DNA of 63,982 nucleotides, counting the filler. It is 12 parts of 12 records of this genome, joined end to end, with 100 filler letters (N's around TTAATTAATTAA, not from the genome) between each part and the next. Parts side by side here need not be neighbours in the genome. Positions count along the whole stretch, not along the records: positions 41,321 to 47,314 come from SRR7504441_13687; positions 47,415 to 50,724 come from SRR7504441_13696; positions 50,825 to 56,945 come from SRR7504441_13697; 9 more parts are not named here. One strand, 5' to 3'. Below, piece after piece: positions 45,686 through 55,982 of the stretch; the stretch's first letter is position 1, and each line of letters opens with the position of its first letter. Both the position numbers and the translations under genes were made by a program. Under the pieces are notes generated by a model. The model saw nothing but the letters and a program-made list of their open reading frames with translations. It did not search any database and was not told the DNA's origin.

Positions 45686-47314
45686 TCAGCACGCTTTCCG
45701 AGCCGCAAACCCATCCGGATAGAGGCATGCCTTACCGCCAGCAGTTGCGGGCCGCTCAACTGTGAATCGCATCACTTGTTCTCCACCCGCTTCGCATTCG
45801 CCCCACGCGAGCCAGACACCATGGCAGTCGGCCTTGAGAAGCCTGCCGCATGGCTCGACCCACCGCATCAACTGCATCCCGCTCCGAAGCCCCGCGAGAC
45901 GCGACGCGACAGTCGAATTGTAGCCACCCACAGCCGTGCTGGGGAGCGTCTCAAAATAATCCTTCACCCAGGGCCGGTAGCGGCTAGGTGCGGGCCTGCT
46001 CTGGCGCCACTCATCGCACTGCAAGCCGGCCGCATCAGTGTCAAAGCCCAGGCTGGCATTCCTGAAGCGCAGCTGATAAGCATCCGGGAACCATTTGTAC
46101 TCCGCCGTGACGGAGCCGGCTGTGTCAATGAACCGACCCACGCCTCTGCTGACCAACTCCTGGTCGCAGAAGAAGGACTGGTTGCCGTGCCATGCTGTCC
46201 GAAAGCAAAGGTCTCCGATCGAGTTATTCAAGAATACGTTGCCACTAAAGTTGCTCCGTGCGGGCGAGGCCCAGCCCTTTTCCGTGGAATTATAGCTCAG
46301 CATCCAGGCAAAGGTCGGGAAACGCTTTGCAAACTGCGATGTTATGAGTTCAGACACGCTGTGTACTCCAAACGCCTGCTCAGTTCGCCATATGTAGTCT
46401 CCAACGTCTCCTCTCCTGAGCGTGCCATTGTCGTATAGAGGCAGTGTGGCAATGTCTTGCTCGTCATCGGCATTCTCATTGTAGATCCCAACCCCGCCGG
46501 CGACTAGAAGATTGCCAGTCACATTGGCCCCAGGGCCGCCGTTCACTAGAATGCTCCTTCCTGCGGCCTTGTACAGGACATTCCCGGAGACATTTGATAT
46601 AGCCTGCATATGGCCATCAAAGTATATTCCTCCCCTGCCATGCAGTCCCGGAATCTCCATCGAATGATGGATGAAGTTCTCCCGAAAGGACATGCCGTAG
46701 CCCTGGTGCAGGCTCATCCCGTTATATATCACACCGCCGTCGCCCTCCGAGTATCCTGTGTTGAAAATCTCATTGTGATCGAGCATTGTCAGCGGCCCAT
46801 CGGGCGTAATGATCTGTCCTGGCGTGTCGTGGACAAGATTGTGTGAGAACCGATCGCCCATGCCACGGATCGCAATCCCACCATAGAACACTCCGCCCAT
46901 GAAAACCTCAGAGAAATGGTTATTTGCGATCAGGTTGTTGGTCGGCACGAGTGCGTTGAGGCTGGCTGGATCGCTTGCACCCTCACTCCTGATGTGCGAA
47001 CCAACGTCATAAACGTCATTCCCAATCACCTTGTGCCGTTGGCCGCCGGTGAGGGCGACGGCCTGGCCGGGCGAGTTGCGCACCACGCACCCTCCAACTG
47101 TGTTTGCCTCGCCGCCATTGATACTGATGGAGCCACCGCCTTGGACAATCACGTCTCTCAAAGTGAGATACGATGCGTTCACCATCTGCATGAAAACAAT
47201 CTCCTGCCACGAGCCCAGCCGGACCGTGCTCGGGTCGCCATTGTAGTCCTCTGGAGGGTAAATATACACTGTGCGTGCCCCATCAAACCACCATTCTCCC
47301 GGTGAGTCCACCTC
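45686..47314 (-). CDS. Right-handed parallel beta-helix protein (putative CAZyme) with a C-terminal TSP1-like module, 5'-partial, intronless
   Basis: DSPGEWWFD, repeated xxNNxx strands, DGGVIY, GIYFD, C-terminal DCHGVW..WGEC...GGKAC. Confidence 0.75.
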   Translation of the reverse strand, partial: EVDSPGEWWFDGARTVYIYPPEDYNGDPSTVRLGSWQEIVFMQMVNASYLTLRDVIVQGGGSISINGGEANTVGGCVVRNSPGQAVALTGGQRHKVIGNDVYDVGSHIRSEGASDPASLNALVPTNNLIANNHFSEVFMGGVFYGGIAIRGMGDRFSHNLVHDTPGQIITPDGPLTMLDHNEIFNTGYSEGDGGVIYNGMSLHQGYGMSFRENFIHHSMEIPGLHGRGGIYFDGHMQAISNVSGNVLYKAAGRSILVNGGPGANVTGNLLVAGGVGIYNENADDEQDIATLPLYDNGTLRRGDVGDYIWRTEQAFGVHSVSELITSQFAKRFPTFAWMLSYNSTEKGWASPARSNFSGNVFLNNSIGDLCFRTAWHGNQSFFCDQELVSRGVGRFIDTAGSVTAEYKWFPDAYQLRFRNASLGFDTDAAGLQCDEWRQSRPAPSRYRPWVKDYFETLPSTAVGGYNSTVASRLAGLRSGMQLMRWVEPCGRLLKADCHGVWLAWGECEAGGEQVMRFTVERPATAGGKACLYPDGFAARKAC

Positions 47315-47414
47315 NNNNNNNNNNNNNNNNNNNNNNNNNNNNNNNNNNNNNNNNNNNNTTAATTAATTAANNNNNNNNNNNNNNNNNNNNNNNNNNNNNN
47401 NNNNNNNNNNNNNN
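47315..47414. other. Artificial contig linker
   Basis: N44-TTAATTAATTAA-N44. Confidence 0.99.
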
Positions 47415-48058
47415 TCCATCTGCAGCGCTGCTGCCTCGCTGGCCTCAGCCTCGCGCTGCTGTCTGCTCATCTGCTCTTCACTCAGCTGGTTCTGCAGTTC
47501 CACCAGTTGCGAAGCCAGCGCATCGCCCCGCCGCTCCGCAACCAACAGCTGGGCATCTCGGCGGGACTGCCTCTGCTCTAGCATCGAGCGCGCCATCGCG
47601 CGCATGCCTGCCGCCTGCCTGCGCCACAGTTCGCAGCCTACACAGAGAGCCCTGGCCTCCGCCCAGAGACCAGCCACCACGGCGCCTCCCCGGCCTGCCA
47701 TCTTCTCCCGGCACCAGCCGCGCCAGTGCAGCAGCCCCTTCCACTCGCGCCGCCGCCGCCACTCGATACCAGCGGACGCTTCCAACCCCATCTGCACAAC
47801 AAGCTCAGGGACAACCAAGTCAAGTGGTACCATGTCCCCCAGAGCGTCTGCCCCGGCCGCCCGCAAGCTCTCCAGCCCGGCCACCAGGCTCTGGATGGCG
47901 TACCACCTGCACGGCTTGTGAGCAACTGGCCGCAGCCCAGCCGGATACTCGGCGGCAGTCTGCTCGGCCTGATGCACACGATCGGCCAGCGCGACCAGCG
48001 TGCCCCATCGCGCCCCCGGATGGATGTCCGCGCCCTCGCCGGCCCGCCCAGCCGGCAT
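47415..48058 (-). CDS. Hypothetical coiled-coil protein, 3'-partial
   Basis: Open frame to the contig edge with a heptad-rich C-terminal part. Confidence 0.5.
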
Positions 48059-48166
48059 GTGTCCTATTCAAAGCCTCTGCCTGGACGCCATGACTGGACG
48101 AAACGCTCGCCAACGGACGGCGCAAGTCGACCAGGCCACTGAGAGGGTGGGCGAGGGTAGTCATCC

Positions 48167-49263
48167 ATGGATCTGTATGCCATCCGGAACCAGCTCTACG
48201 CCGGCAACTATCAGCAGGCGGACCGCCCCCGCCCCAGTACCGGTCCTGAACCTCGGCCGCAGGTGGTGACTGACGCAGCGGCGTTCAACCCCAAGGGCAA
48301 CCCGGAGCTGAAGACCGAATGCGAGGTGCTCCTGATGCGGTACCCCCCTACTCCGACCGGTCACCGGCCTGACTGCCGGTCGGCGCAGCGCGCACATTGC
48401 GCTGGGCAACCATTTCCTGGTGCTGCAAAACGTGCGCGACGACGCCCCGTACGAGCTGCGGGCCGTCAAGCTGCTCGCGCAGTTCGTGCAGGCAGCCCCA
48501 GGACCCGGGGCGACGGTGAGTCGCTGGGGGGCAGGATCCGGATTCGGCGGGTGAAGCGGCCAACAACCAGCTGAACGAATGGCTCTGCGTGCCGGAGGCG
48601 GCGACGAATACGACAGTGTTGCTGGTGGCCGGGACCATATACCACATGCAGGGCAACTACGAGGAGACGCTCAAACTAGTGCACTCCTCGGAGGACGCCG
48701 AACTGTGCCCCCCACCCGCAGCTCTGTGTGTGACGCGCTTTCTCGCAGGATGGCGTTGCTGGTGCAGACGTTTCTGTCGATGAGCAGATTGGACCTGGCG
48801 GAGAAGCAGTTCAAGACGATGCAGCAGAAGGAGGACGACCACACGCTGACGCAGATCGCGTCGACATGGGTCAATCTGGCCAAGGTGGCTCCCCGCGGCC
48901 GGGCAGCTGCTGAGTGGAGAGCAGGGGGGGACCAGTATCAAAGAGGCGCTTTTCACGTTCGCTGACCTGGCGGACAAGTTTGGCACCTCCACGCTGATCT
49001 TCAACGGGATGGCCGCCGCGCACATGGGCCAGGGGGAATTCGAGGACGCCGAGGGCTGTGTGAATAGCGCACTGCAGATGAATCCAAATGATGTCGACTC
49101 GCTGATCAACTTGATTGCGGTTCTAACTCATCTCCGACCAGGGGACGACCGGATCCAAAACACCCAAAGCATGCTGCAACACCAGCACCCGAAGCACCCC
49201 TACGTCAAGGCCTACCACGCCACTCAAGACAGCTTCAACAGGATTGCCGGGATCACTGCATGA
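48167..49263 (+). CDS. COPE: Coatomer subunit epsilon, 5 introns
   Basis: LYAIRNQLYAGNYQQ, ELRAVKLLA, RLDLAEKQFKTMQQKEDDHTLTQIA.TW, LIFNGMAAAHM..G.FEDAE. GC-AG introns at 48218-48262 and 48492-48534. Confidence 0.95.
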
Positions 49264-49497
49264 GGCGGCCTTCACTGATTAGTTGGTCGTTACTATGGGC
49301 TTTATTGAATATTTGACTAACTAGCTATTCTTCCTCTTCTGGATCCTCGTACATCTTGTGGCTACATCTAACGAGCTTGGCTTAATTACGGCTACAGATT
49401 TGTGGTATTACGTATATCTCAACATGATGGATCCAATAGTTAACTGGCTACAGTAGCTGCCGCATGCCGGCAAGCAAAAAGCGCAATTAAATATATT

Positions 49498-50724
49498 TTA
49501 CACCTCTTTGAACGAGATCTTCACCTTTTGTCGCCACAAGTCCCGCGCCATGTCCGGCGCGCCCACCACTGTCTTGTCCCTGCCTTGGACCCAGTACAGG
49601 TACGCCGTGTCTCCCACGACCGTCTCGTAGCTTAGGCTCAGCGAGCGCGGGTCGAGCAGGCTGGGGTAGATTCCATGGGGATTCCCGGCATCCTTCGTCG
49701 GATTTACGTCGACGCCTCTTATCGGGGTCATCGCCGACCAGGGGCCCCATGGGACCTTGGCAGTGGCGTACCCGAAATGGCCGTGCCCACCTGGCATGTT
49801 GGCGTAGCCCGTCATGACGAAAATGTCGTGCGAGGGCAGATAGCGCGGCACCGGCTGACTCGGCTGGGGCTGCTTCGGCTGCGAGGCGTTGGGCACCGGC
49901 CCACCGAATTCGAGCGCCGCCGGTGCAGCGCCGGCCTGCTGCGTGTAAGGGTCGGTGAACTGGCCAGTGAATGCGCTCTCGCCGCCGTCACGGCCAGTCC
50001 AGAAGCGCCACTTGGTTGGATCGTGCAGATCCTTCTCTTGGATACGCATCACGGTGATCCCGCCACCCACCCCCTGGGGCTCCGGCTGCGTGGCAAAGCG
50101 CGGGAAAGAGTAAAGCCACCCGCGATACGACACGATCTGCGAGGGGGAGAACACACCGTAGGCCCCGTTGTTGGGCACGTACTTGGTCGTCGCGGCCGCC
50201 ACGAGATGCAGAGGGGGCTCTGCAACGTGCTCGATGTGGCGCCCACCATCGTGAGATACGCTCATGCTAACGCTGTTGTACCAGCAGCGGCCCTGCACCA
50301 TCCTCGTCGCGTTGCACAGCTGCGGGGCGTGCTCCCAGCCGTGAAACTCGTTGTGCACCAGCATGAACAGCGTCGCGTTCGCGCCCGGGTTCGCCGGTGG
50401 TACGACCCAGGGCGCGTACAGCCACTCGTGCGAGCTGAACATGCTGGGCGGCTGCAGGTACCCCGTCGGCCCCGAGTAGTTGAACACCATCGCGCTGCAG
50501 TCGTGCCTGACGGCGTCCAGGCTGGGCCCCACTGAGGCCCAGGTGCCCCTTGAGTCGCCGGGCGCGACGTACGTGAGGCCGGACACCGGATCGCGCCAGG
50601 CCATCGCGGGCGCGTCGGGCACGTCGCGGCGGTACGGCGTCGCCCGGCACGGTGCAGGCTGGCACGGCGCGAGTGGCCGGCCGCTCGCGCAGTGCTGCGT
50701 CTCCCAGTCGTACACCGACTCGGG
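49498..50724 (-). CDS. Putative secreted beta-propeller glycosidase-like protein, 5'-partial, intronless
   Basis: LVHNEFHG, Asp-box-like SHDGG, WRFWTG, YPSLLDP. Confidence 0.55.
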   Translation of the reverse strand, partial: PESVYDWETQHCASGRPLAPCQPAPCRATPYRRDVPDAPAMAWRDPVSGLTYVAPGDSRGTWASVGPSLDAVRHDCSAMVFNYSGPTGYLQPPSMFSSHEWLYAPWVVPPANPGANATLFMLVHNEFHGWEHAPQLCNATRMVQGRCWYNSVSMSVSHDGGRHIEHVAEPPLHLVAAATTKYVPNNGAYGVFSPSQIVSYRGWLYSFPRFATQPEPQGVGGGITVMRIQEKDLHDPTKWRFWTGRDGGESAFTGQFTDPYTQQAGAAPAALEFGGPVPNASQPKQPQPSQPVPRYLPSHDIFVMTGYANMPGGHGHFGYATAKVPWGPWSAMTPIRGVDVNPTKDAGNPHGIYPSLLDPRSLSLSYETVVGDTAYLYWVQGRDKTVVGAPDMARDLWRQKVKISFKEV

Positions 50725-50824
50725 NNNNNNNNNNNNNNNNNNNNNNNNNNNNNNNNNNNNNNNNNNNNTTAATTAATTAANNNNNNNNNNNNNNNNNNNN
50801 NNNNNNNNNNNNNNNNNNNNNNNN
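50725..50824. other. Artificial contig linker
   Basis: N44-TTAATTAATTAA-N44. Confidence 0.99.
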
Positions 50825-51128
50825 GCCAGAGGCGCGATTTTAAATAAAATTGGTTGAGGTAAACGGAGTAAACGCTAGTAAACGCCCGTGGACGCTGCGA
50901 TCGATGACCTGGAATGTACTCTGAAACGGAAGAAACCGGATGCGCCACGAGTGGCTGAAGCTACAGCTATAATAATAAGAGATGGAACCCACAGCTTTCA
51001 GTAGCAGGCGGGCCGAACTGCACCTGGGTGTGAAGACAAGGACGAAGCTCCGTGCAATCCACAATGCGCGACGGCCTGCAGCTGATGATGAGGAGGATCC
51101 TCGGCGTCGGGCGGTGTAGTAAGGCGCA

Positions 51129-51970
51129 ATGACGGATCGCAGCGGCAGCCCAGCCAGGTGCAGTGGGGCGGTCGGTCCGCTGGAGGTGGCGCCAGAGCGG
51201 GTGCAGCTGCCGGGCGGGGCGCTTGTAGGACTGGGGCCGCTGGAGTGGGCCGCTGTTCGGGAGGCGGCACACAGTCTGGAGGCCGAGCCTGGCCCATCGC
51301 GAGTGGCCGCCTACCGCCTGCACAAGGGCAGCTACAAGCTGGCGGGGCTGGAGGCGCTGGTTGGCTGGCTGGCGGCAGCGTTGACCGGGAATCGACTGGT
51401 GCTCACGCTGCGTGACCGGGAGGAGCCGGCCCCGGAGGCGCCTAGGGTGCTGGCCCAGCCGGCCGCCCTAGGGCCACCAGGGGCTGTGTCGGCGGCCGTA
51501 CAAGGCAAGTGGGCCACCGGGTGGGCACGGGCTGGAGAGTGGCCGTATAACTAGCCAGGGGCAGGACGGTGGACGCGCAGGGCGTGTGCTTGCTCCATAC
51601 GAGGCCTCCAAGCTTGCCCAAGGTGTGGCGGTACTACAAGCAGTTGAGCACTAGCCGGCCGCCGGCGGTCCAGGCATCTGCTAGCGCATGGGCTGGACCG
51701 ACAGAGTTACTGCAGGTGTCGAGGCATCCGACAGCCGGAGTTTGGGTGGCAAACGACGGGGCACATCGGCTGTACGCTGCGAGGCTGGCAGGGGTGCCAT
51801 TGCAGGCGCGGTGGAAAACAGTGCAACGTGCGGAGCACGAGTTATCAGCCAAGGAGCGGGATTTGTTGGCGGCCCAACGTACTACAGAGTTAGATGCCGC
51901 CAAGGGGCATCCTAGCGGGGCGCCGCCTGAACTTAGCATCAATGATAATAGAACAAACAATGTTCGATGA
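51129..51970 (+). CDS. Hypothetical protein, at least 1 intron
   Basis: Two + ORFs joinable by an intron ending near 51564 (ggggcag). Confidence 0.4.
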
Positions 51971-52055
51971 CGACGGCAAATTCTAATCTAAAGCAAAGGC
52001 TGGATTTGATCACTTTCACGTAGCTTTTAGCCTCGCACCGCGCTAAATGGGCTTG

Positions 52056-52646
52056 CTATTCCAAGTACTTTAACACGGCCTCCGGGACATTATCAGGAGC
52101 GGGCACCGTCACATACACCCTCGGGGCCCTCTCGAGGTCGATCTTGGGCGAAATGAGAGCTCGATTTCTATCCACATACAGCTCCGGCTTGGACCATCTA
52201 TTGCTCCTGTTCAGTCGGACTAGCTTGTGAGCCATCCATCGCTCCATGCTAGGGCCGAGCCCTACCGGCCCACGCTCGCCACCCGCCAGCCAGCAGCCCA
52301 CCTGGGCACAGCGTGTGTCGGGCGAGCTCCTGGAACCCCCGGTGCCGTCCAGACCCGATCCAGAGCCGATCGCCAGGCCACGGCTCGGCCCGCGGTGCGG
52401 CCCTGGGCACCGGCCTCTGAGGCCCAATTTGGCCGGTCTGACGGAGTGAGAGCAGATCCACCGCGCTGCCCGCCGGTGAGCGGCCGTTGGAGCGGCCCGC
52501 GGGCACCGCCGGCGGAGGAAAGGGTGGATGCGCACGGGGCAGGCGCCCGGGGCGATGCGCACTAGGTCGGGTCCCGGGTGTGGAGCCGCGAGCGCCCGCT
52601 CCATTTCCAGCGGATCCAGGCTCCCGGCGCGGCCAGCCCGCGGCAT
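52056..52646 (-). CDS. Hypothetical small basic protein, intron-containing
   Basis: Coding-like last exon (..KLVRLNRSNRWSKPELYVDRN..). A GT-AG intron is visible near 52466-52506. Confidence 0.45.
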   Translation of the reverse strand: MPRAGRAGSLDPLEMERALAAPHPGPDLVRIAPGACPVRIHPFLRRRCPRAAPTAAHRRAARWICSHSVRPAKLGLRGRCPGPHRGPSRGLAIGSGSGLDGTGGSRSSPDTRCAQVGCWLAGGERGPVGLGPSMERWMAHKLVRLNRSNRWSKPELYVDRNRALISPKIDLERAPRVYVTVPAPDNVPEAVLKYLE

Positions 52647-52777
52647 CCCCGCAGCGCCAGGCCTCGAGGCTTGTGCTGCCAGGGGCTTTGCTGCCAGGGG
52701 CTACACCGTTGCAGAAAGTTCGTTGAAAGTTCGTTGAAAGACATGCACGAGGCTCTGACAGGACCAGGTAGGACGGG

Positions 52778-53195
52778 ATGCCAGGCCGGGCCTGGAACAC
52801 CACAGGTGCTCAGCGGCTAGCCGGGAGCTCAGCGAAGGGCAGCCAATGCGATCGTGGCGGCCGAGACGATCAGGAACGAGAACCGGGTCTGCCACGGCCG
52901 GTGCCTTGCTGAATCTCGGGGCAGATTAGCGGCAACCACCCGGTGAACCAGGGACGGGGTTACTACGCCATCCCGCCCAAGGCAACAAGGGCGCAGCCCA
53001 GGGGCGGAACCCGGGGGGCAGGAACAAGGGATGCTACCCAAAGGGTTGAGCGCGGAGCCCAAGTATCGGGCCTCCCTCCAGTCGGCTCCATGCGAGACCC
53101 ACGGAATCTCAAAGTGTTGCCACTGCTTTAGGGCACCTTGGCTAGAACCGAGCGACTTCAAACCGCTGTTCGGCTGTCCCCGCACTGGGTCTTGA
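52778..53195 (+). CDS. Small (~100 aa) hypothetical protein with 3 short introns, not assembled by the ORF track
   Basis: The spliced model reads MPGRAWNTT|ANAIVAAETIRNENR|ISGNHPV...IPPK|EQGML...CCHC...GS*. Each intron has a GT or GC donor and a GGGCAG acceptor. Confidence 0.55.
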
Positions 53196-53409
53196 GCTCT
53201 CAGCACCTAGGTGCGGATCAGCTCAACGAGGCAACAAGCAAGTGGCCAATCGAATATTTATATTATGTACATTACAACAATTTACGAGTTTTCATCGCTA
53301 TTTAGTCGTATTAGTAGTTCATTAATCACTAGCGCGCGTAGTGTAACCATCATATCATGGCTAGATCTCATCATCTCTGTAGTAGGCCCGGTGCCTCAGC
53401 CTCCGCGAG

Positions 53410-54399
53410 CTACGAAAGGAATGCCAGAATGGAACTGAGCACCTCCTCATGGAACTCGTGATAGAACCAGTGGCCTGCCTTGAACGATTTATGCAAAGAC
53501 CCGTCTGTGCGGGCATCCAACGCAGCCAGCGAAGCCGCGGTGTGAAAGAACGTCTGCTTTTGAGTGCCGTACAAGAATAGCACTGGGATCCCGACCGCTG
53601 GCAACTTGAACTGCTTTCTCCAGCCAGTGTTTCCGGTGAGCACGCTGCGCCACTGCGCGTAGTACATGTAGCATTTCTTCGGATCCAGCGGCTGGCTCAA
53701 GGCAACTGCATCGGCCGCAACGTTGGGACTCAGCGGGCCTAGAAGCCACCCGACAGGGTATTTAGCAAAGAGAAGCTTCTGGCCGAGCCACAGCAGCAAA
53801 AGCGCCAGGGTCGCGCTGAGGTGGAGTGTCATGTACACCAGACCAAAGTAGAGCTGATAAAGCACCAATCGGAGCACTCGCAGGCACCTGACCGGCGCGC
53901 TGGCCGCCAGCGGAAACCGCGCCCCAGCCGCGCGTACGGCCTCGTCTGTCGGGTACTGGTCCTTTGGGGGCGGGGCGAGGATGTCTAGAGACACCACTCG
54001 CTTACATTTGTGCGCATGCTGGTTGCTGAACATGAACCCGGGCACGCAGCCCCAGTCATGCACGAGTAGAGTCACTTGCTCCGCCCCGCAGCTTGATTGC
54101 TCCAGCAGCGCCTCCACGCCGGCCGCCAGCGCCTCCGCCACTTGATCCATCGTGTACGACTGCCCGTGCACCAGCCGCCACCCGGGCTGGTCATACTCTG
54201 GGAGGCAGCCCACCCCGACCAGGCAGTTGCCTGTGCGGGCTAGGCTCTGGGCGAGCGGGATGAGGGCCTGGTGCGTGTCTGGGAAGCCGGGCTGCAGGTA
54301 AATCAGCTCCGAGGCGTCTCTGTTTCCGGCGACCAGGATCACACCACCGTCGTCGCGGCCCGCCACCCGGTGTCCCACTCGGCTGAACTCGGGGGACAT
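53410..54399 (-). CDS. Alpha/beta hydrolase (epoxide hydrolase-like)
   Basis: LQPGFPD, LLVHDWG nucleophile elbow, PVLFLYG, AGHWF. Confidence 0.85.
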   Translation of the reverse strand: MSPEFSRVGHRVAGRDDGGVILVAGNRDASELIYLQPGFPDTHQALIPLAQSLARTGNCLVGVGCLPEYDQPGWRLVHGQSYTMDQVAEALAAGVEALLEQSSCGAEQVTLLVHDWGCVPGFMFSNQHAHKCKRVVSLDILAPPPKDQYPTDEAVRAAGARFPLAASAPVRCLRVLRLVLYQLYFGLVYMTLHLSATLALLLLWLGQKLLFAKYPVGWLLGPLSPNVAADAVALSQPLDPKKCYMYYAQWRSVLTGNTGWRKQFKLPAVGIPVLFLYGTQKQTFFHTAASLAALDARTDGSLHKSFKAGHWFYHEFHEEVLSSILAFLS

Positions 54400-54432
54400 G
54401 CTCGGCCAACCGACGGTAATAACGGTTTTTAG

Positions 54433-55539
54433 ATGGCCGACGCGGGCACACCTGGGGAGTTGAACTGTTTCGGGTCTCAGGAGCCGCCGAGCGGGAACTG
54501 CTGGGCCGCCGCAGCGCCTGAGACAGCTGCGCCGGGGTGCATGCGCCGGTTCAAGGCGGTGGTGAGCTTCGACGGGCACGACTACCACGGCTGGCAGCTG
54601 CAGCGTAACGTCCAGCCCACCGTCCAGGGCCAGATCGAGTTCAGACTAGGCCAGTTCTTCGGCAAGTTCCAACAGATCCGGTGCCACCCTGCACAGCCGC
54701 CCGGCCCGACCCGCGGGCAGCACCGTGGTCAATGGGCGCACCGACAAAGGGGTGTCGGCCCGCGGCGCTGTGTTCCATCTGGATCTGATTCGTTTAAAGG
54801 ACCACCCGCGATATCAAACCGACCCGCGCTGTGCCGGGCCGGCGCTGACAACCGGGCTGCTGCTTACAGCCCTCCGAAACCAGCCGCGGGGTGACTTGCT
54901 CGTGAGGAGCGTGGCGGAGGTCTCACCCGGGCGCGGCCGGGGTCTCATCCAGTGGGACAGGTGGACCCTGCGTACTTCCACGCACGGGAGTCCGTCAAGG
55001 GCAAGCAGTACCGGTACACAGTCCTCGATGCCAAGGCCAACGGCGGTTGGGCCTCGCCATTCAGCTCTCGCTGGTGCTGGCCGCTGGGCGGTGGGCTGGC
55101 TGGGCTGTGAGGCTTGCTGAGCTGGGCCGCAGCCAAGGAGCTCGATTTGGACCGGATGCGCCGGGCGGCCCAGCGGCTGGTCGGCCGGCGGGACTTCCGG
55201 CACTACGCTATTATGGAGCCAGGGGACCCTCGGGAGCCTACCAGGCGGCTAGATAGGTTGGATGTTGCCCGGGTCGAGACGGCCGAGTTTGAAGGCGACT
55301 GCGAGGCCGGGTGCATCACGCCGGGCCGGGTAGTATTTGTGCTCGAGGCCGATTTTTTTCTCTATAAGATGTGCCGCAAGCTGGTCGGTACGCTGGTTGC
55401 AGTTGGTTGTGGGCAGTTGCCTGAGCAAGCGGTCGATGAGATCTTGGCTGGCACCGGCACCGAGCGAGTGGTCACCGCCCCGGGGGCTGGGTTGTGCCTA
55501 CACGAGGTTTACTATGATGAGATTGAAACAATTACTTAG
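54433..55539 (+). CDS. truA: tRNA pseudouridine synthase, TruA family, 3 introns
   Basis: FDGHDYHGWQ.Q, GRTDKGVSA, FHAR, Y.Y, FFLYKMCRKLVG, TAPGAGLCL. The start is 54433 or 54541. Confidence 0.92.
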
Positions 55540-55583
55540 ATTTAGTGAATATATTGGCGTCTAATTTGCTAATTGTGTATGGT

Positions 55584-55972
55584 GTTGCGCACTTGGAATC
55601 TCCTAGAAGTGCAGCTATATGATGGCCACTCGGGATTGCTTGGCCACAATAGCCGACATTGGTCCAGACAGGCCATGAGCTCGCACAACAGCTACATAGC
55701 TGAGTAATGCGAACGCATCATGATGGATGCGACTCAGGCCGTCTGAAACGCTCGTGATCTCCAGGTGGAGTAAATGCATTGAGCAACTGGATTTTGTGCA
55801 CTTGAAGACCCCAGGAAATGCTTGGTGCAACCGAGTTGGCTGACTCGGCCCACAGCACTTGAAGCCTGGGGTAAATGCTGGAATCAAGGAGGGCTGGATG
55901 GCACTTGAAGACTCTCAGGAAGTGCATGGCGGCACTTGAAGCCTGAGGGGAAATGCTTAATGGTCCAGCCCT
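55584..55972 (+). ncRNA. Candidate structured RNA with a repeated internal-loop motif, family unknown
   Basis: Five GCACTTG(A/G)A and six AA(A/G)TGC copies, nested complementary helices, G-U pairs favouring the + strand. Confidence 0.55.
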
Positions 55973-55982
55973 GGGCAGCAGC

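Noticed and set aside
52804-53208. Apparent nested complementarity (AGGTGCT/AGCACCT, GAGCTCA/TGAGCTC, GGGCAGCC/GGCTGTCC) suggesting an SRP- or RNase P-like RNA
   Set aside because: The region resolves into a 4-exon protein gene with typical short introns, and conserved SRP or RNase P motifs are absent.
55717-55785. Possible box C/D snoRNA (TGATGG..CTGA..GTGAT..TTGA)
   Set aside because: Boxes C and D are both degenerate, the putative box C sits in a hairpin, and I recognise no rRNA target.
55798-55956. GCACTTGAAG repeats as a CRISPR array or hammerhead ribozyme
   Set aside because: Spacing is irregular, the repeat is only 10 nt, no cas genes are present and the context is eukaryotic. The UGAAGA..GAAA similarity lacks the three-way junction and cleavage triplet.
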